Below the pieces are notes generated by a model that did no database searches, was not told the origin of the DNA, and saw only the letters and a list, made by a program, of their open reading frames with translations. A DNA stretch of 64,000 bases from Candidatus Kerfeldbacteria bacterium. Its GTDB lineage: Bacteria; Patescibacteriota; Patescibacteriia; UBA10025; JAHIVO01. The translations under genes and the position numbers were made by a program. Every line of letters begins with the position of its first letter. Within the stretch, counting starts at the first letter, position 1. The DNA lies in assembly GCA_047946875.1 (NCBI GenBank), contig CP181398.1, positions 399,154-463,153 on the forward strand. Reading direction: 5' to 3'. Shown one piece after another: positions 1-10,178 of the stretch.

Positions 1-2
1 TT

Positions 3-725
3 TTTATTCTTGGTAATGGTAGTAATATTTTAGTTTCTGATCATGGCTTTAACGGATTAGTAATAAAAATGGAGAATAATGATATTAAATTTAAGGGTGA
101 TACTGTGTATGCAGAAGCAGGGGTAAAAGTTCAAAAATTAATTCGAGAAAGTATTACACATAGTTTAACTGGATTTGAATTTTTAATGTCTATTCCTGGA
201 ACAATTGGTGGGGGAATAGTAGGAAATATTGGTACGCCGACCGAATGGATTGACAAAACTATAATTGAGGTAGAAATATTAAACAGAAAGAATAAAAAAG
301 AAATTATTCCGAAATCACAATGCGATTTTTCTTATCGTTTTAGTCGTTTTAAGTATAGTAGTGATGATGTAATCTTGGGAGCAAAGTTTCAATTGAGAAA
401 AGCTAGCCAAACAATAATTCAAGAGAAGGTAAAAAACTTTTTAGGTAATCGTTCGCATCAACCTATTATAGACCCGTGTGCAGGTTCCATTTTCAAGAAT
501 CCTGAAGGTAAGAAGACTTGGCAACTGGTAGATGAGGTTGATATGAGAGGAAAAGTTATAGGTGGAGCTAAAGTTTCTGATGATCATTCAAACTTTATAA
601 TTAATAAAGGTAAAGCAACAGCTGAGGATGTGGTAGTATTGATAAGTCTAATTAAACAACAGGTTAGAGATAAGCTAGGAGTGCAGTTACAAGAGGAAAT
701 TAAATATATTGGCTTTGATGAGTAG
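3..725 (+). CDS. murB: UDP-N-acetylmuramate dehydrogenase (5'-partial)
   Basis: Frame is open upstream of the 69 ATG (FILGNGSNILVSD). Motifs IPGTIGG, FSYRFS, AGSIFKNP, HSNFIIN. Confidence 0.95.
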   Translation, partial: FILGNGSNILVSDHGFNGLVIKMENNDIKFKGDTVYAEAGVKVQKLIRESITHSLTGFEFLMSIPGTIGGGIVGNIGTPTEWIDKTIIEVEILNRKNKKEIIPKSQCDFSYRFSRFKYSSDDVILGAKFQLRKASQTIIQEKVKNFLGNRSHQPIIDPCAGSIFKNPEGKKTWQLVDEVDMRGKVIGGAKVSDDHSNFIINKGKATAEDVVVLISLIKQQVRDKLGVQLQEEIKYIGFDE

Positions 726-787
726 CGGTTGAATAAAAGTTGGAATTAAGTTAATATAATAGAAATAATTAATTTAGTATTTTATAT

Positions 788-3562
788 ATGGCACTGTTTT
801 CTAAGTTATTTGGAGACCCAAATTTAAAAGTTATAAAAGCTTATAAACCTATTGTAGATAAGGTAAATTCACTTGAAGAAGAAATAAAGAAATTAAGTGA
901 TTCAGACTTAACTAATAAGACCAAATTTTTCAAAGAAGAGCTAAAGAAAGGTAAAAAATTGGATGATATTTTACCTGAAGCTTTTGCCGTGGTTCGAGAA
1001 GCTATTAATAGAACTTTGGGGCAGAGAGCTTATGATGTTCAAATGATGTCTGCTATCACTTTACATCAAGGTAAAATTAGTGAGCAAAAAACCGGTGAAG
1101 GTAAAACTTTATCTGCTACTATTGCTGCGTATTTAAATTCTCTTACTGAAGATGGTGTTCATGTTATTACTGTCAATGATTATTTAGCAAAAAGAGACGC
1201 TGGTTGGTATGGAGAGGCTTTGAATAGATTAGGAGTTACAATTGGTTGTATCGCTCATGACCAAGCATTTATCTTGGATATGGATTACAAAGCTGATGAC
1301 GTTTTTGATGAAAGATTAACTCATCTGAAGTTAGTTGATAGAAAAGAAGCCTATAAAGCTGATATAACTTATGGCACTAATAATGAGTTTGGTTTTGATT
1401 ATCTCCGTGATAATATGGCCCCATCTTTGGAGAATAAAGTACAAAGAGGGTTAAACTTTACTATTGTAGATGAGGTTGATAGTATCTTGATCGATGAAGC
1501 TAGGACCCCACTTATTATTTCCTCACCGGCCGGTGAATCTGGTGATAAATATTATCAATTTGCAAAACATGTAAACTCTTTAGAGGAGGGCGGAGATTAT
1601 AATATTGATGAAAAAATGAGAGCAGCAACCTTAACTGATCAAGGTATTAGTAAAATAGAAAAAATACTCGGTATCGGAAATATCTATGAAGCAGATGGGA
1701 TAGAAACTGTTCATCATGTAGAGCAGGCGTTGAAAGCAAAAGCATTATTTAAAAAAGATAAAGACTATGTAGTAAAAGAAGGGGAGGTTGTCATAGTAGA
1801 TGAGTTTACTGGTCGTCTGATGTTTGGTAGAAGATATTCAGAAGGTTTGCATCAAGCTATAGAAGCTAAGGAAAATGTTGATATTAAACAAGAAAGTCAG
1901 ACAATGGCCACTATTACATTTCAGAATTATTTTAGAATATATAAAAAATTATCAGGAATGACTGGTACAGCTGCGACTGAAGCAGAAGAATTTCATAAAA
2001 TATATGAATTAGAAGTTGTTGTTATTCCAACTAACAAAGATTTAGAAAGAGATGATAAACAAGATAGTATTTATAAGAATACTCATGGTAAATATCAGGC
2101 AATTGTTAGAGAAATAAAAATCCGTAATGAACTAGGACAGCCAATTCTTATTGGTACTATTTCCATAGATAAAAATGAAATTTTAAGTCAACTTCTTGAT
2201 AGAGAAGGTGTTAAGCATAACTTATTAAATGCTAAGAATCATGAAAAAGAAGCAGTGGTATTAGCACAAGCTGGTGCATTTGGAGCAGTAACCGTAGCGA
2301 CTAATATGGCTGGACGTGGCGTTGATATTATATTAGGTGGATCACAGGCTTCAAAAGAAGAGCAAGAAAAAATTAAGAGTTTAGGAGGATTACATGTGAT
2401 TGGTACAGAAAGACATGAATCTAGGCGTATTGATAATCAATTGCGTGGTCGAGCTGGTCGTCAGGGAGATCCTGGATCAACACAATTTTTTGTATCTATG
2501 GATGATGATTTGATGAGGATATTTGGATCAGATAGAATGAAAGGTTTAATGGAAAAATTAGGAGTACCTGATGATATGCCTATAGAAAATGCAATGATAA
2601 CAAAATCAATAGAATCAGCACAAAAGAAGGTAGAATCTCATAATTTTGATACTAGAAAACACCTAGTAGAATATGATGATGTTATTAATAAACATAGGGA
2701 AGTAATATATAAGAAAAGGGAAGAATTGTTAAATATCGCAGAAAATAAAGATATTCCAGAAGAAGAAAGAACAAAGCAATCAAAAGAGAAAATTTTTGAA
2801 CTTATAGAAGGAGAGATAGAGCAAGTAGTATCATTTCATACAGCGTCAGAGCAAGAAGGAACTTGGAATTTAGATGAAGTATATGAAGTTGTAGACACTA
2901 TCTTCCCTGTGAGTTTGGAAAGTAGGATAAGATTAGAAGATATTAGAGAAACAGCCGGTGATAAAGAGCAAGATGCAAAATCAAGAACATCAATTGTAAA
3001 ATATTTGATGACTTTAGTGACTAAAGAATATGAAAATCTAGGAAGTAAGATGAATGAACAAATTACAATGCTTATAGTTGAGAAGGCTGTTTACCTTAGA
3101 GCGATTGACACGTTATGGATTGAGCATTTAGATTTGATGGATCATCTAAGACAGGGGATTGGGTTGAGAGGATATGGTCAACAAGATCCATTAGTAGCAT
3201 ACAAGAAAGAAGGTTATAGATTATTTAATGAATTAATAAATAGTATTCAAAAAAATGTTGTTTATACTATTTTCAAAGTAGGTATGGCTCAACAAGTAGG
3301 ACAGACACCAATGGCTACTAGGCCTCAACAATTTTCAGCTCCAGCCAAAACGTCTGATCAAGCACCTGCTTCTCCTTATCAAAACATGTCTTCTGACACT
3401 AAATCAACTTCTGCTGTTAAAAATCCTGAAGTAAAAACAGTTGGTGATACAAAACAAACAGCTGGCGGTAATTTGAAGACAAAAGATGGAGTCAAAGTGG
3501 GAAGAAATGATCCATGTCCATGTGGGTCAGGTAAAAAATATAAGAAATGCCACGGAAAATAA
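788..3562 (+). CDS. secA: Preprotein translocase ATPase SecA
   Basis: KTGEGKT, TNNEFGFDYLRDN, DEVDSILIDEARTP, QLRGRAGRQGDPG, C-terminal SEC-C motif GRNDPCPCGSGKKYKKCH. Confidence 0.99.
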   Translation: MALFSKLFGDPNLKVIKAYKPIVDKVNSLEEEIKKLSDSDLTNKTKFFKEELKKGKKLDDILPEAFAVVREAINRTLGQRAYDVQMMSAITLHQGKISEQKTGEGKTLSATIAAYLNSLTEDGVHVITVNDYLAKRDAGWYGEALNRLGVTIGCIAHDQAFILDMDYKADDVFDERLTHLKLVDRKEAYKADITYGTNNEFGFDYLRDNMAPSLENKVQRGLNFTIVDEVDSILIDEARTPLIISSPAGESGDKYYQFAKHVNSLEEGGDYNIDEKMRAATLTDQGISKIEKILGIGNIYEADGIETVHHVEQALKAKALFKKDKDYVVKEGEVVIVDEFTGRLMFGRRYSEGLHQAIEAKENVDIKQESQTMATITFQNYFRIYKKLSGMTGTAATEAEEFHKIYELEVVVIPTNKDLERDDKQDSIYKNTHGKYQAIVREIKIRNELGQPILIGTISIDKNEILSQLLDREGVKHNLLNAKNHEKEAVVLAQAGAFGAVTVATNMAGRGVDIILGGSQASKEEQEKIKSLGGLHVIGTERHESRRIDNQLRGRAGRQGDPGSTQFFVSMDDDLMRIFGSDRMKGLMEKLGVPDDMPIENAMITKSIESAQKKVESHNFDTRKHLVEYDDVINKHREVIYKKREELLNIAENKDIPEEERTKQSKEKIFELIEGEIEQVVSFHTASEQEGTWNLDEVYEVVDTIFPVSLESRIRLEDIRETAGDKEQDAKSRTSIVKYLMTLVTKEYENLGSKMNEQITMLIVEKAVYLRAIDTLWIEHLDLMDHLRQGIGLRGYGQQDPLVAYKKEGYRLFNELINSIQKNVVYTIFKVGMAQQVGQTPMATRPQQFSAPAKTSDQAPASPYQNMSSDTKSTSAVKNPEVKTVGDTKQTAGGNLKTKDGVKVGRNDPCPCGSGKKYKKCHGK

Positions 3563-3645
3563 GGGTTATATTTATTTACGAGTAACAAATTTGTTCACTT
3601 AAATAATTGATACTTAATACAATATATTTGTTTTTAATAAATTTA

Positions 3646-3674
3646 TTGTATATATTTTTGATTTAGTGTATACT
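3646..3674 (+). promoter_or_regulatory. Sigma70-type promoter
   Basis: TTGTAT-17 bp-TATACT upstream of the 3850 gene. Confidence 0.55.
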
Positions 3675-3849
3675 ATACACGTAAGAAAAAATAGAAATAA
3701 ATTTTGGCAAAGCCGGATCAGGCTCTGCCTGAATAAAGCTTCTTAAAAAAGCACATTGACATGGTGATATATACTCACTCATATTTTGCTTTGTATTTAC
3801 ATCTTAGCAGGCACATAACATCAGACATCTTTAGAAAGGAGTGCTTGTG

Positions 3850-4326
3850 ATGTTAAATTTATTCGGAAAAAAAGGTAAGAGGTCGAAAACAGATTACCTC
3901 TTTGTGATGTTAGCAATCTGGACAAGCGTACAGTTCGTCATGATTATAGTAGAATTTATTAAGTATGAAAATTTTACTGTACCAGGCGGAATGCCATTTG
4001 GTTACTTTATGCTTCTCTTGCTTTACATTATAAAAAAAGAATCTGATCGCTGGCTTAAAATTCATTGGGAAAAAAGAGTAGGTGAATTTTATCTGATTGG
4101 CTGGTTTGTAGCTATGATGATAATGTTCATAATTGAATTTTCTACTGACGGTGAATACAAAGTTCCGCGGAAACTATTTGAAACGATAATCGCTATTGTA
4201 GTCGCCTATATTGGATCTATGTCTTCTATAATTATTCATTACTTAGTAACTTCTAAGAATGGTAGTGGAATTATAAAAGACTATTTCAAATATAGAGAAG
4301 ATACTAAAAATGCGAATAGTAAATAA
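3850..4326 (+). CDS. Hypothetical membrane protein (~4 TM)
   Basis: Hydrophobic ORF. SD AAAGGAG (3835-3841) favours ATG 3850 over GTG 3841. Confidence 0.75.
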   Translation: MLNLFGKKGKRSKTDYLFVMLAIWTSVQFVMIIVEFIKYENFTVPGGMPFGYFMLLLLYIIKKESDRWLKIHWEKRVGEFYLIGWFVAMMIMFIIEFSTDGEYKVPRKLFETIIAIVVAYIGSMSSIIIHYLVTSKNGSGIIKDYFKYREDTKNANSK

Positions 4327-4456
4327 ACAGTTAAACGTTTTTAGAAGGTAGGAAAAAATGCAGGAAAATGCACAGTGCAATTTTCTGGTGGGAGTCAATA
4401 ATTGTCCAAATTTTATTGATTCCTCGTGAGTATATTCTTTTATACATATAGTTCTC

Positions 4457-4489
4457 GCCCGCTAGCGCCTAAGGCGTAGCCAATGGCGG
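4457..4489 (+). repeat. REP-like palindrome with nested hairpin insert
   Basis: GCC-CGCTAGCGCCTAAGGCGTA-GCC-AATGGCGG, a GC-rich palindrome in AT-rich DNA. The insert is flanked by GCC direct repeats, as in the 23-26 kb repeats. Confidence 0.6.
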
Positions 4490-4526
4490 ATGGGTAGTGC
4501 CAATTATATGTAATGTCAATACAACC

Positions 4527-4561
4527 AACACCCTGATTTTTAATTAAATTGGGGTGTTTTT
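4527..4561 (+). terminator. Rho-independent terminator
   Basis: AACACCCTGATTT...AAATTGGGGTGTT followed by a T-run. Confidence 0.65.
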
Positions 4562-4593
4562 GTACTAAATATGATACAATTTAATAAGATTAT

Positions 4594-4962
4594 ATGAAAC
4601 AAACTCTTATAGCTCCATGTGGAATGAATTGCGCAATATGTAAAGGGTTTCTTCGAAAAAATATCAAATGTCCTGGGTGTTATGTGGGCAGAAAGATTAA
4701 TGGCAGGTGTCTGAAATGTATAATAAGTCATTGTCTTAAAAGATTAAAAAATAATTGGCGTTTTTGCTATAAATGTGACACTTTCCCTTGTGTTCGTATG
4801 AAACAGCTTGATGAACGTTATAAGAAGAATTATGACGTTAGTTTAATAGGTAATCAAAAATATATTCAAAGATATGGAATTCAGAAATTTGTACGACGTG
4901 AAAAGAAGAAATGGCTAAAGGGTAAACAAGTTTTATGTGTTCATGATAAGCAATTATATTAG
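4594..4962 (+). CDS. Cys-rich protein, DUF3795-like
   Basis: IAPCGMNCAIC, CPGC, C-x-I-x-x-C, FCYKCDTFPC pattern. Confidence 0.8.
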   Translation: MKQTLIAPCGMNCAICKGFLRKNIKCPGCYVGRKINGRCLKCIISHCLKRLKNNWRFCYKCDTFPCVRMKQLDERYKKNYDVSLIGNQKYIQRYGIQKFVRREKKKWLKGKQVLCVHDKQLY

Positions 4963-5020
4963 AATTGAATTCTTGAATGTGTTATAGTTAATTAACTTAA
5001 TAAGAAATTATTTATTAAAT

Positions 5021-5278
5021 ATGAAAAAAATATTAATCCCAGTTATCATTATAATTTTAATAGTAGTCGGTATATTAGTAGTATATTTTGTAAATAAGAC
5101 TGATAATCAAAATATAAACATTGAGCCGTTGACCAATGCTGGTGCTAGTGATTTATCCTGTGATGTAAATGCTGACTGTGTAGATATATGTGACAAAAGT
5201 AATAAATGTTTGATACCAAGTTGTACTAAGAATCCTACAAAAGTTAGGGGTACATGTACTTGTTTGGCAGAATGCTAA
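5021..5278 (+). CDS. Small membrane-anchored Cys-rich exported protein
   Basis: N-terminal TM, then a C-terminal domain with 8 Cys (SCDVNADC...CTC). Confidence 0.75.
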   Translation: MKKILIPVIIIILIVVGILVVYFVNKTDNQNINIEPLTNAGASDLSCDVNADCVDICDKSNKCLIPSCTKNPTKVRGTCTCLAEC

Positions 5279-5308
5279 TAATAAATTAATAAAATTTACG
5301 ATAAAAAT

Positions 5309-6181
5309 ATGAGCACCATTGAAGTTAAGAATTTAAAGAAATATTTCAAAGATACAAAAGCTGTTGATGATATAACTTTTAATGTAGAAAAAGGGGAAAT
5401 TTTTGGTTTCCTTGGACCTAATGGTGCTGGTAAAACAACTACTATTCGAACGATGATGGATTTCATTAGACCTACTTCAGGTGAAATTAAAATATTAGGA
5501 ATGGATGCACAAAAAGATGCAGTAGAATTAAAAAAGAAAATTGGTTATTTATCAGGTTATATTCAGTTATATCCCAAGTGGACAGGCCAAACCCACATTG
5601 ATTTTGTAAAACAGTTAAATGGTGATATTGATATATCTAAAAAATTGATTGAAAGGTTTAATTTTGATCCAACTATAAAAACAAAAAAATTATCTTCAGG
5701 TAATAGACAGAAACTAGGAATAATAATAGCTTTTATGACAAAACCAGAATTATTAATTATGGATGAGCCTACTAATGCACTAGATCCGTTATTACAAAAT
5801 GAGGTTTATGAATTAATTGAAGAAGTTACTGGGGAAGGTGCAACAGTATTTATGTCTTCACATAATTTAGCGGAGGTAGATAAGGTTTGTAGTAGAGTGG
5901 GTATCATCAAGCAAGGAAAGATGGTAGCTATGGAAGATATTATTTCTCTTAAGGCAAAGAGGATTTATTCTGTTACAGCTAGATTTGCAGAAAAGCAAGA
6001 TGCTAGTTCTATACAGCTTGAGGGATTAACAATTCAAAAAGAAATAATGGGAGGTTACATCCTAAATTATAAGGGAGATATTAATAATCTAATTAAGTAT
6101 TTCAATGATAAGAAGCTAAATGATGTACAGATCGAGCACGCTTCCCTGGAAGATATATTTTTAGAGTTTTACTCCAATTAA
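5309..6181 (+). CDS. ABC-2 type transporter ATP-binding protein
   Basis: GPNGAGKTT, LSSGN, IMDEPT, SSH. Confidence 0.95.
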   Translation: MSTIEVKNLKKYFKDTKAVDDITFNVEKGEIFGFLGPNGAGKTTTIRTMMDFIRPTSGEIKILGMDAQKDAVELKKKIGYLSGYIQLYPKWTGQTHIDFVKQLNGDIDISKKLIERFNFDPTIKTKKLSSGNRQKLGIIIAFMTKPELLIMDEPTNALDPLLQNEVYELIEEVTGEGATVFMSSHNLAEVDKVCSRVGIIKQGKMVAMEDIISLKAKRIYSVTARFAEKQDASSIQLEGLTIQKEIMGGYILNYKGDINNLIKYFNDKKLNDVQIEHASLEDIFLEFYSN

Positions 6182-6186
6182 TAGAT

Positions 6187-6987
6187 ATGTTTACATTAAT
6201 TTTTAGAACTTTATTAGATAGAAAGAATTCAATAATAATGTTTGTTGGGACTGGAGTTGGTTTACTTTGGTTGTATGTTTTGTTATTTCCTTTTTTTCAG
6301 GACGTTGGGGCGGATATATTTAGTTTGTTTGAATCAGTAGAAGGTTTGAAAGACATTATTCCGTTAGATCCTGCCTTGTTTGATTCTATTGAAAATTTTT
6401 TAGCATTGGAGCAATATAACCTGATAGTCCCTCTTTTAGTCGCTATATTACTTATGGGTATTTCGGCTAATGGTTTGGCAGGAGATATCGAGTTTGGAAC
6501 AGTTGAGATAGTATTGTCTAGGTCATTATCAAGAATGAAGATATTTTTTAGCCATTATCTTGCAGGGATAATTGCTTTGATACTATTTGTAGCTTTTACT
6601 TCACTGATGATCGTGCCGTTTGGCGAGCTACATAATCTAGAATATAATTTAGATAATTTTATCAAGATATCGGTCTTAGTCTTGTTATTTGGTTGGGCTG
6701 TATTTTCTGTGGCAATGATGGTTTCAGCGATGGTTTCAGAAAAGAGTAGGGTTAGCATGATTATTGGCGGAGGTTTGATAGTTATGTACGTAATTCAGAT
6801 TGCCTCAAAATCTTTGGATAAAATTGATTTCATTAAATATCTATCTTTTTTTTATTATTATGATTATGAAGCAGCTTTGTTGCATAATACAATTTCCGGT
6901 ACAAGTATAACATTTTTTTGTATTGTAGCTGTCGTGACTACGATTGTAGGAGCTTGGTGGTATAATAAAAGAGATATAGCAGTATAA
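6187..6987 (+). CDS. ABC-2 type transporter permease
   Basis: Multi-TM, AGDIEFGT..LSRSLSR, ends KRDIAV. Confidence 0.9.
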   Translation: MFTLIFRTLLDRKNSIIMFVGTGVGLLWLYVLLFPFFQDVGADIFSLFESVEGLKDIIPLDPALFDSIENFLALEQYNLIVPLLVAILLMGISANGLAGDIEFGTVEIVLSRSLSRMKIFFSHYLAGIIALILFVAFTSLMIVPFGELHNLEYNLDNFIKISVLVLLFGWAVFSVAMMVSAMVSEKSRVSMIIGGGLIVMYVIQIASKSLDKIDFIKYLSFFYYYDYEAALLHNTISGTSITFFCIVAVVTTIVGAWWYNKRDIAV

Positions 6988-6996
6988 ATATAAATT

Positions 6997-7809
6997 ATGT
7001 GGACAATATTTACTAGAACAATAATAGATAAAAAATATTCACTGTTAGTATATCTGATAGTAGGTATAGCTTTACTGTGGATGTATATTGCTATGTTTCC
7101 AGCAATTCAAACTCAAGGCGAGGTTATGGTAAAACTGATTGAGCAATTTCCAGAAAATGTTCAGAAAATCATGGAGGGGTTAGGGGCTGATGCAGTTAGT
7201 ATGACTACGATCGAGGGTTTATTGGCCAGCAAGCAATACAGTCTCATTTGGCCATTACTTGCGATTTTACTGGTGGCTGGCTTTGCTGGAGCAACGATAG
7301 CTGGAGAGATAGAACGTGGGGTTTTTGAGCTGACTTTATCAAGGCCTATTTCAAGAACCAAAATACTGATGGCTAGATATTTAGCTGGTTTAGTAATGAT
7401 TTTTGTATTTACGTTTCTTTCTATATATTCAATAATTCCTTTGGCTGGAATGTATGATATTGAATTGCAGTTATCTAATATTTTTAAATTATCTATTTTA
7501 GCATTTTTATTTGGTTGGGCGGTTTTGAGTATGTCTTTGTTTTTCTCTACATTATTTTCAGAAAAAGCTAGGACATTTGCTTTGATTGGGGGATTGATGA
7601 TGGGAATGTATATATTAAATACTGTTGCATTAGTTTCAGAAAAATTTGAAGTAATTAGGTACACATCTTTTTTTCATTATTTTGATACTGTTGGTTCACT
7701 GATTAATAATACAATTGGGCAAACTTCCATTATAGTGTTTGTAATATGTATTGTGGTATTCACTTCCTTAAGTATATATTTTTTTAACAAAAGAGATATT
7801 GCAGTATAG
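6997..7809 (+). CDS. ABC-2 type transporter permease (paralog of 6187)
   Basis: Multi-TM, AGEIERG..LSRPISR, ends KRDIAV. Confidence 0.9.
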   Translation: MWTIFTRTIIDKKYSLLVYLIVGIALLWMYIAMFPAIQTQGEVMVKLIEQFPENVQKIMEGLGADAVSMTTIEGLLASKQYSLIWPLLAILLVAGFAGATIAGEIERGVFELTLSRPISRTKILMARYLAGLVMIFVFTFLSIYSIIPLAGMYDIELQLSNIFKLSILAFLFGWAVLSMSLFFSTLFSEKARTFALIGGLMMGMYILNTVALVSEKFEVIRYTSFFHYFDTVGSLINNTIGQTSIIVFVICIVVFTSLSIYFFNKRDIAV

Positions 7810-7845
7810 ATAATAAAAGTAAGGGTGTTATTCAATTTTTTGCGC

Positions 7846-7867
7846 GCCTGCCTGCCGGTAGGCAGGC
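7846..7867 (+). repeat. REP-like palindrome, 'empty' form
   Basis: GCCTGCCT-GCCGGT-AGGCAGGC, perfect 8-bp stem. Same scaffold as the filled repeats at 23206-26085. Confidence 0.85.
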
Positions 7868-7902
7868 TTTTTATTTTGGAGAAAATTGTATATAATAAGC
7901 TT

Positions 7903-8271
7903 ATGTTAAATGATGAAGCAATTAGTTTAAAGAAACAAAAAATCAAATATTGGATATATATGGTTATTTTTTGGGCCTTGGGGATCCTGTTATCGATGTT
8001 TGTTCAAGATTTATTGTATGGCTGGGGTAATCCAAGAGTTATTACATCTTTTACTCATATTAAGAGTCGTTTAGGAGAAGTAATTGCTTTTGGGATGAGT
8101 GTTGTAGTTATTTTGTATTCAATAATCGCTACTGCATTATTAATCTACGGATCATTTAAACCTGGCTTGAAAAAGTTAAATTACCGAGGGTATTCGAAGG
8201 CACACAGTCTTGTATTATTTGCTCTTATTTTTTATACAGTGTTGTTTATGGTATTTTTTTATAAGTTTTAA
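7903..8271 (+). CDS. Hypothetical membrane protein (~3 TM)
   Basis: ATG 7903 lies 6 nt after TATAAT. The upstream ORF extension runs through the REP and is likely spurious. Confidence 0.7.
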   Translation: MLNDEAISLKKQKIKYWIYMVIFWALGILLSMFVQDLLYGWGNPRVITSFTHIKSRLGEVIAFGMSVVVILYSIIATALLIYGSFKPGLKKLNYRGYSKAHSLVLFALIFYTVLFMVFFYKF

Positions 8272-8870
8272 TGATGAAAAAGATTATTTTTGCTACACAT
8301 AACCCTGGTAAGATTAGAGAAATGAGAGATTTTTTGGGCGAAGGATTTGCAGTAATAACAGCTTCTGAAGCAGGAATATTAGAAGATGTAGTTGAGGATG
8401 GTAAAACTTTTGAAGAGAATGCACTTAAGAAAGCTAGATTTGTAAATAGTAAAACTAAAGAATGGTCTATGGCTGATGACTCTGGTTTATGTGTTGATGC
8501 TCTTGATGGTAGGCCAGGAATATATTCTGCAAGATGGGCTGGTGAGAATGCAACTGACGATGAGATATTAAGTAAGTTAATAGATGAACTAAAGGATGTA
8601 CCTCAAGAAAAAAGAACAGCAGTATTTAACAGCGCTGTAGCTCTTGTTTCACCTGATGGTAAAGAGTATACGTTCTCTGGACACATAAATGGTTCAATTC
8701 CTGAATTACAAGTCGGTGTAAATAACAAAAAACTTCCTTATGATTCTATATTTATTCCAGAGGGTCAAGATAAAACATTTGCTGAAATGACCAAAGAAGA
8801 AAAAAATAGCATTAGTCATAGGGGAATAGCGTTTAATAAACTTAAAGATTTTTTAAAAAATACAAATTAA
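8271..8870 (+). CDS. rdgB: Non-canonical purine NTP pyrophosphatase (RdgB/HAM1)
   Basis: ATHNPGK, ENALKKA, ADDSGL, PGIYSAR, EKNSISHRG. Confidence 0.95.
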   Translation: MMKKIIFATHNPGKIREMRDFLGEGFAVITASEAGILEDVVEDGKTFEENALKKARFVNSKTKEWSMADDSGLCVDALDGRPGIYSARWAGENATDDEILSKLIDELKDVPQEKRTAVFNSAVALVSPDGKEYTFSGHINGSIPELQVGVNNKKLPYDSIFIPEGQDKTFAEMTKEEKNSISHRGIAFNKLKDFLKNTN

Positions 8871-8873
8871 TAT

Positions 8874-9425
8874 ATGATAGATAATTTTTCAAATTTTATA
8901 ACATTGAGTACTTTAATCTCAAATATTGCTTTGGTGATTTTTCTTATTTTTTGGTATTTCATGAAAAAGAATGAAATAAATGTTTTGATTGTTTGGTTTA
9001 AAGAAAATGGATTACGAATTGCATTTCTTGCGTCTTTAGTTGCAGTGGCAAGTAGTCTATTTTATTCTGATTATGCATTGTACTTACCATGTAAATTATG
9101 CTGGATTCAGAGAATTTTTATGTACCCACAAGTAATATTATTAGGTATCGCTTTGTGGAAGCAAGACCTAGCAGTAAAAAAATACTCTATTTCATTGGCC
9201 GTGATCGGAGTGTTGTTTGCAATTTATCATTATCTTACTCAGAGATTTCCAAGTCTTGTATCAGCTGGATGTTCGGCAGGCGAAGCGGATTGTACTTATA
9301 AGTATGGTTTTGATTATGGTTATATTACTATACCAATAATGTCATTAACTATATTTTTGTTTATAATAGTTTTTGTCTGTATTTGGCAAAAGAAAAAAAT
9401 ATCAATTGATAATTTAGATAAATAA
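8874..9425 (+). CDS. Disulfide bond formation protein, DsbB/BdbC family
   Basis: PCKLCWIQRIFMYP, a second Cys pair and TM helices. Confidence 0.9.
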   Translation: MIDNFSNFITLSTLISNIALVIFLIFWYFMKKNEINVLIVWFKENGLRIAFLASLVAVASSLFYSDYALYLPCKLCWIQRIFMYPQVILLGIALWKQDLAVKKYSISLAVIGVLFAIYHYLTQRFPSLVSAGCSAGEADCTYKYGFDYGYITIPIMSLTIFLFIIVFVCIWQKKKISIDNLDK

Positions 9426-9427
9426 AA

Positions 9428-9790
9428 ATGGAAAAAAAGAAATTAGTTTTAATTTACAATTTAGAAAGCTCACCAATCGTGCAAGCGATAGATTTGTTGT
9501 ATCGTGTTATGTCTCCAGCGACATTTAAATGTAATCTTAGTAAGTTAACGCATGATTTTTTTAATATGAAACCTGAGTGGCAAAAGTTTATCAGAGAAAT
9601 GCCAATAGATTTCAAATTCTATCACCGTGACATGTTCAAGAAGAAATATCCCGACTTCGTTACTGAATATCCTGTAGTACTACTAGAAAATGATGGTAAG
9701 TTTGAGAAATTTATCAGTCCAGAAGAAATGATAGGAATAACTTCATTACCTGAGCTAAAGGATCTTATAAGGCAGAGGGTTTCAAGTTAA
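9428..9790 (+). CDS. Hypothetical protein
   Basis: ORF in operon context, 2-bp gap from the previous gene. Confidence 0.75.
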   Translation: MEKKKLVLIYNLESSPIVQAIDLLYRVMSPATFKCNLSKLTHDFFNMKPEWQKFIREMPIDFKFYHRDMFKKKYPDFVTEYPVVLLENDGKFEKFISPEEMIGITSLPELKDLIRQRVSS

Positions 9791-9932
9791 TTAAGTAAAT
9801 AGTCTATTTATATAGCAAAAAAGACCAACTGTGGATAAATATTATTGACTTAATTATTTAAATTCGGTCTAAATAATGCTAAAGTATAGATGGAAATAAA
9901 AGTCATCCTTAAAATTATGATCGGAGCTTGTT

Positions 9933-10121
9933 ATGTGTTTATCAAATGATAATACAAACAAGGTTGTACCTTCGAAAAAAGTTACAAATCAAGCTCCTGC
10001 AAAAGGAGTTGATGCAAAAAAAGCTCAAGTAGCAACAGAGCCTCGTTGTAAGGTGTGTAGCGATTCAGGTGAATGGAAAAATGGGCACGGTTGTCCTGCT
10101 TGTAGAGCAGAAAGAATGTAA
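9933..10121 (+). CDS. Small protein with C-terminal CxxC...CxxC zinc-ribbon motif
   Basis: SD GGAG upstream, CKVC...CPAC, followed by a terminator. Confidence 0.55.
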   Translation: MCLSNDNTNKVVPSKKVTNQAPAKGVDAKKAQVATEPRCKVCSDSGEWKNGHGCPACRAERM

Positions 10122-10129
10122 CAAATCAA

Positions 10130-10159
10130 AAAAGGAGATAATTAATTTTATCTCCTTTT
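10130..10159. terminator. Bidirectional terminator
   Basis: AAAAGGAGATA...TATCTCCTTTT between convergent genes. Confidence 0.75.
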
Positions 10160-10178
10160 ATTTTAATCTTGAAATTTT

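Noticed and set aside
7825-7902. N-terminal extension ...ACLPVGR... of the 148-aa ORF
   Set aside because: It is a translation of the REP palindrome. A -10 box just before ATG 7903 indicates the real start.
9830-9838. DnaA box TGTGGATAA suggesting oriC
   Set aside because: Isolated site with no cluster and no dnaA nearby.
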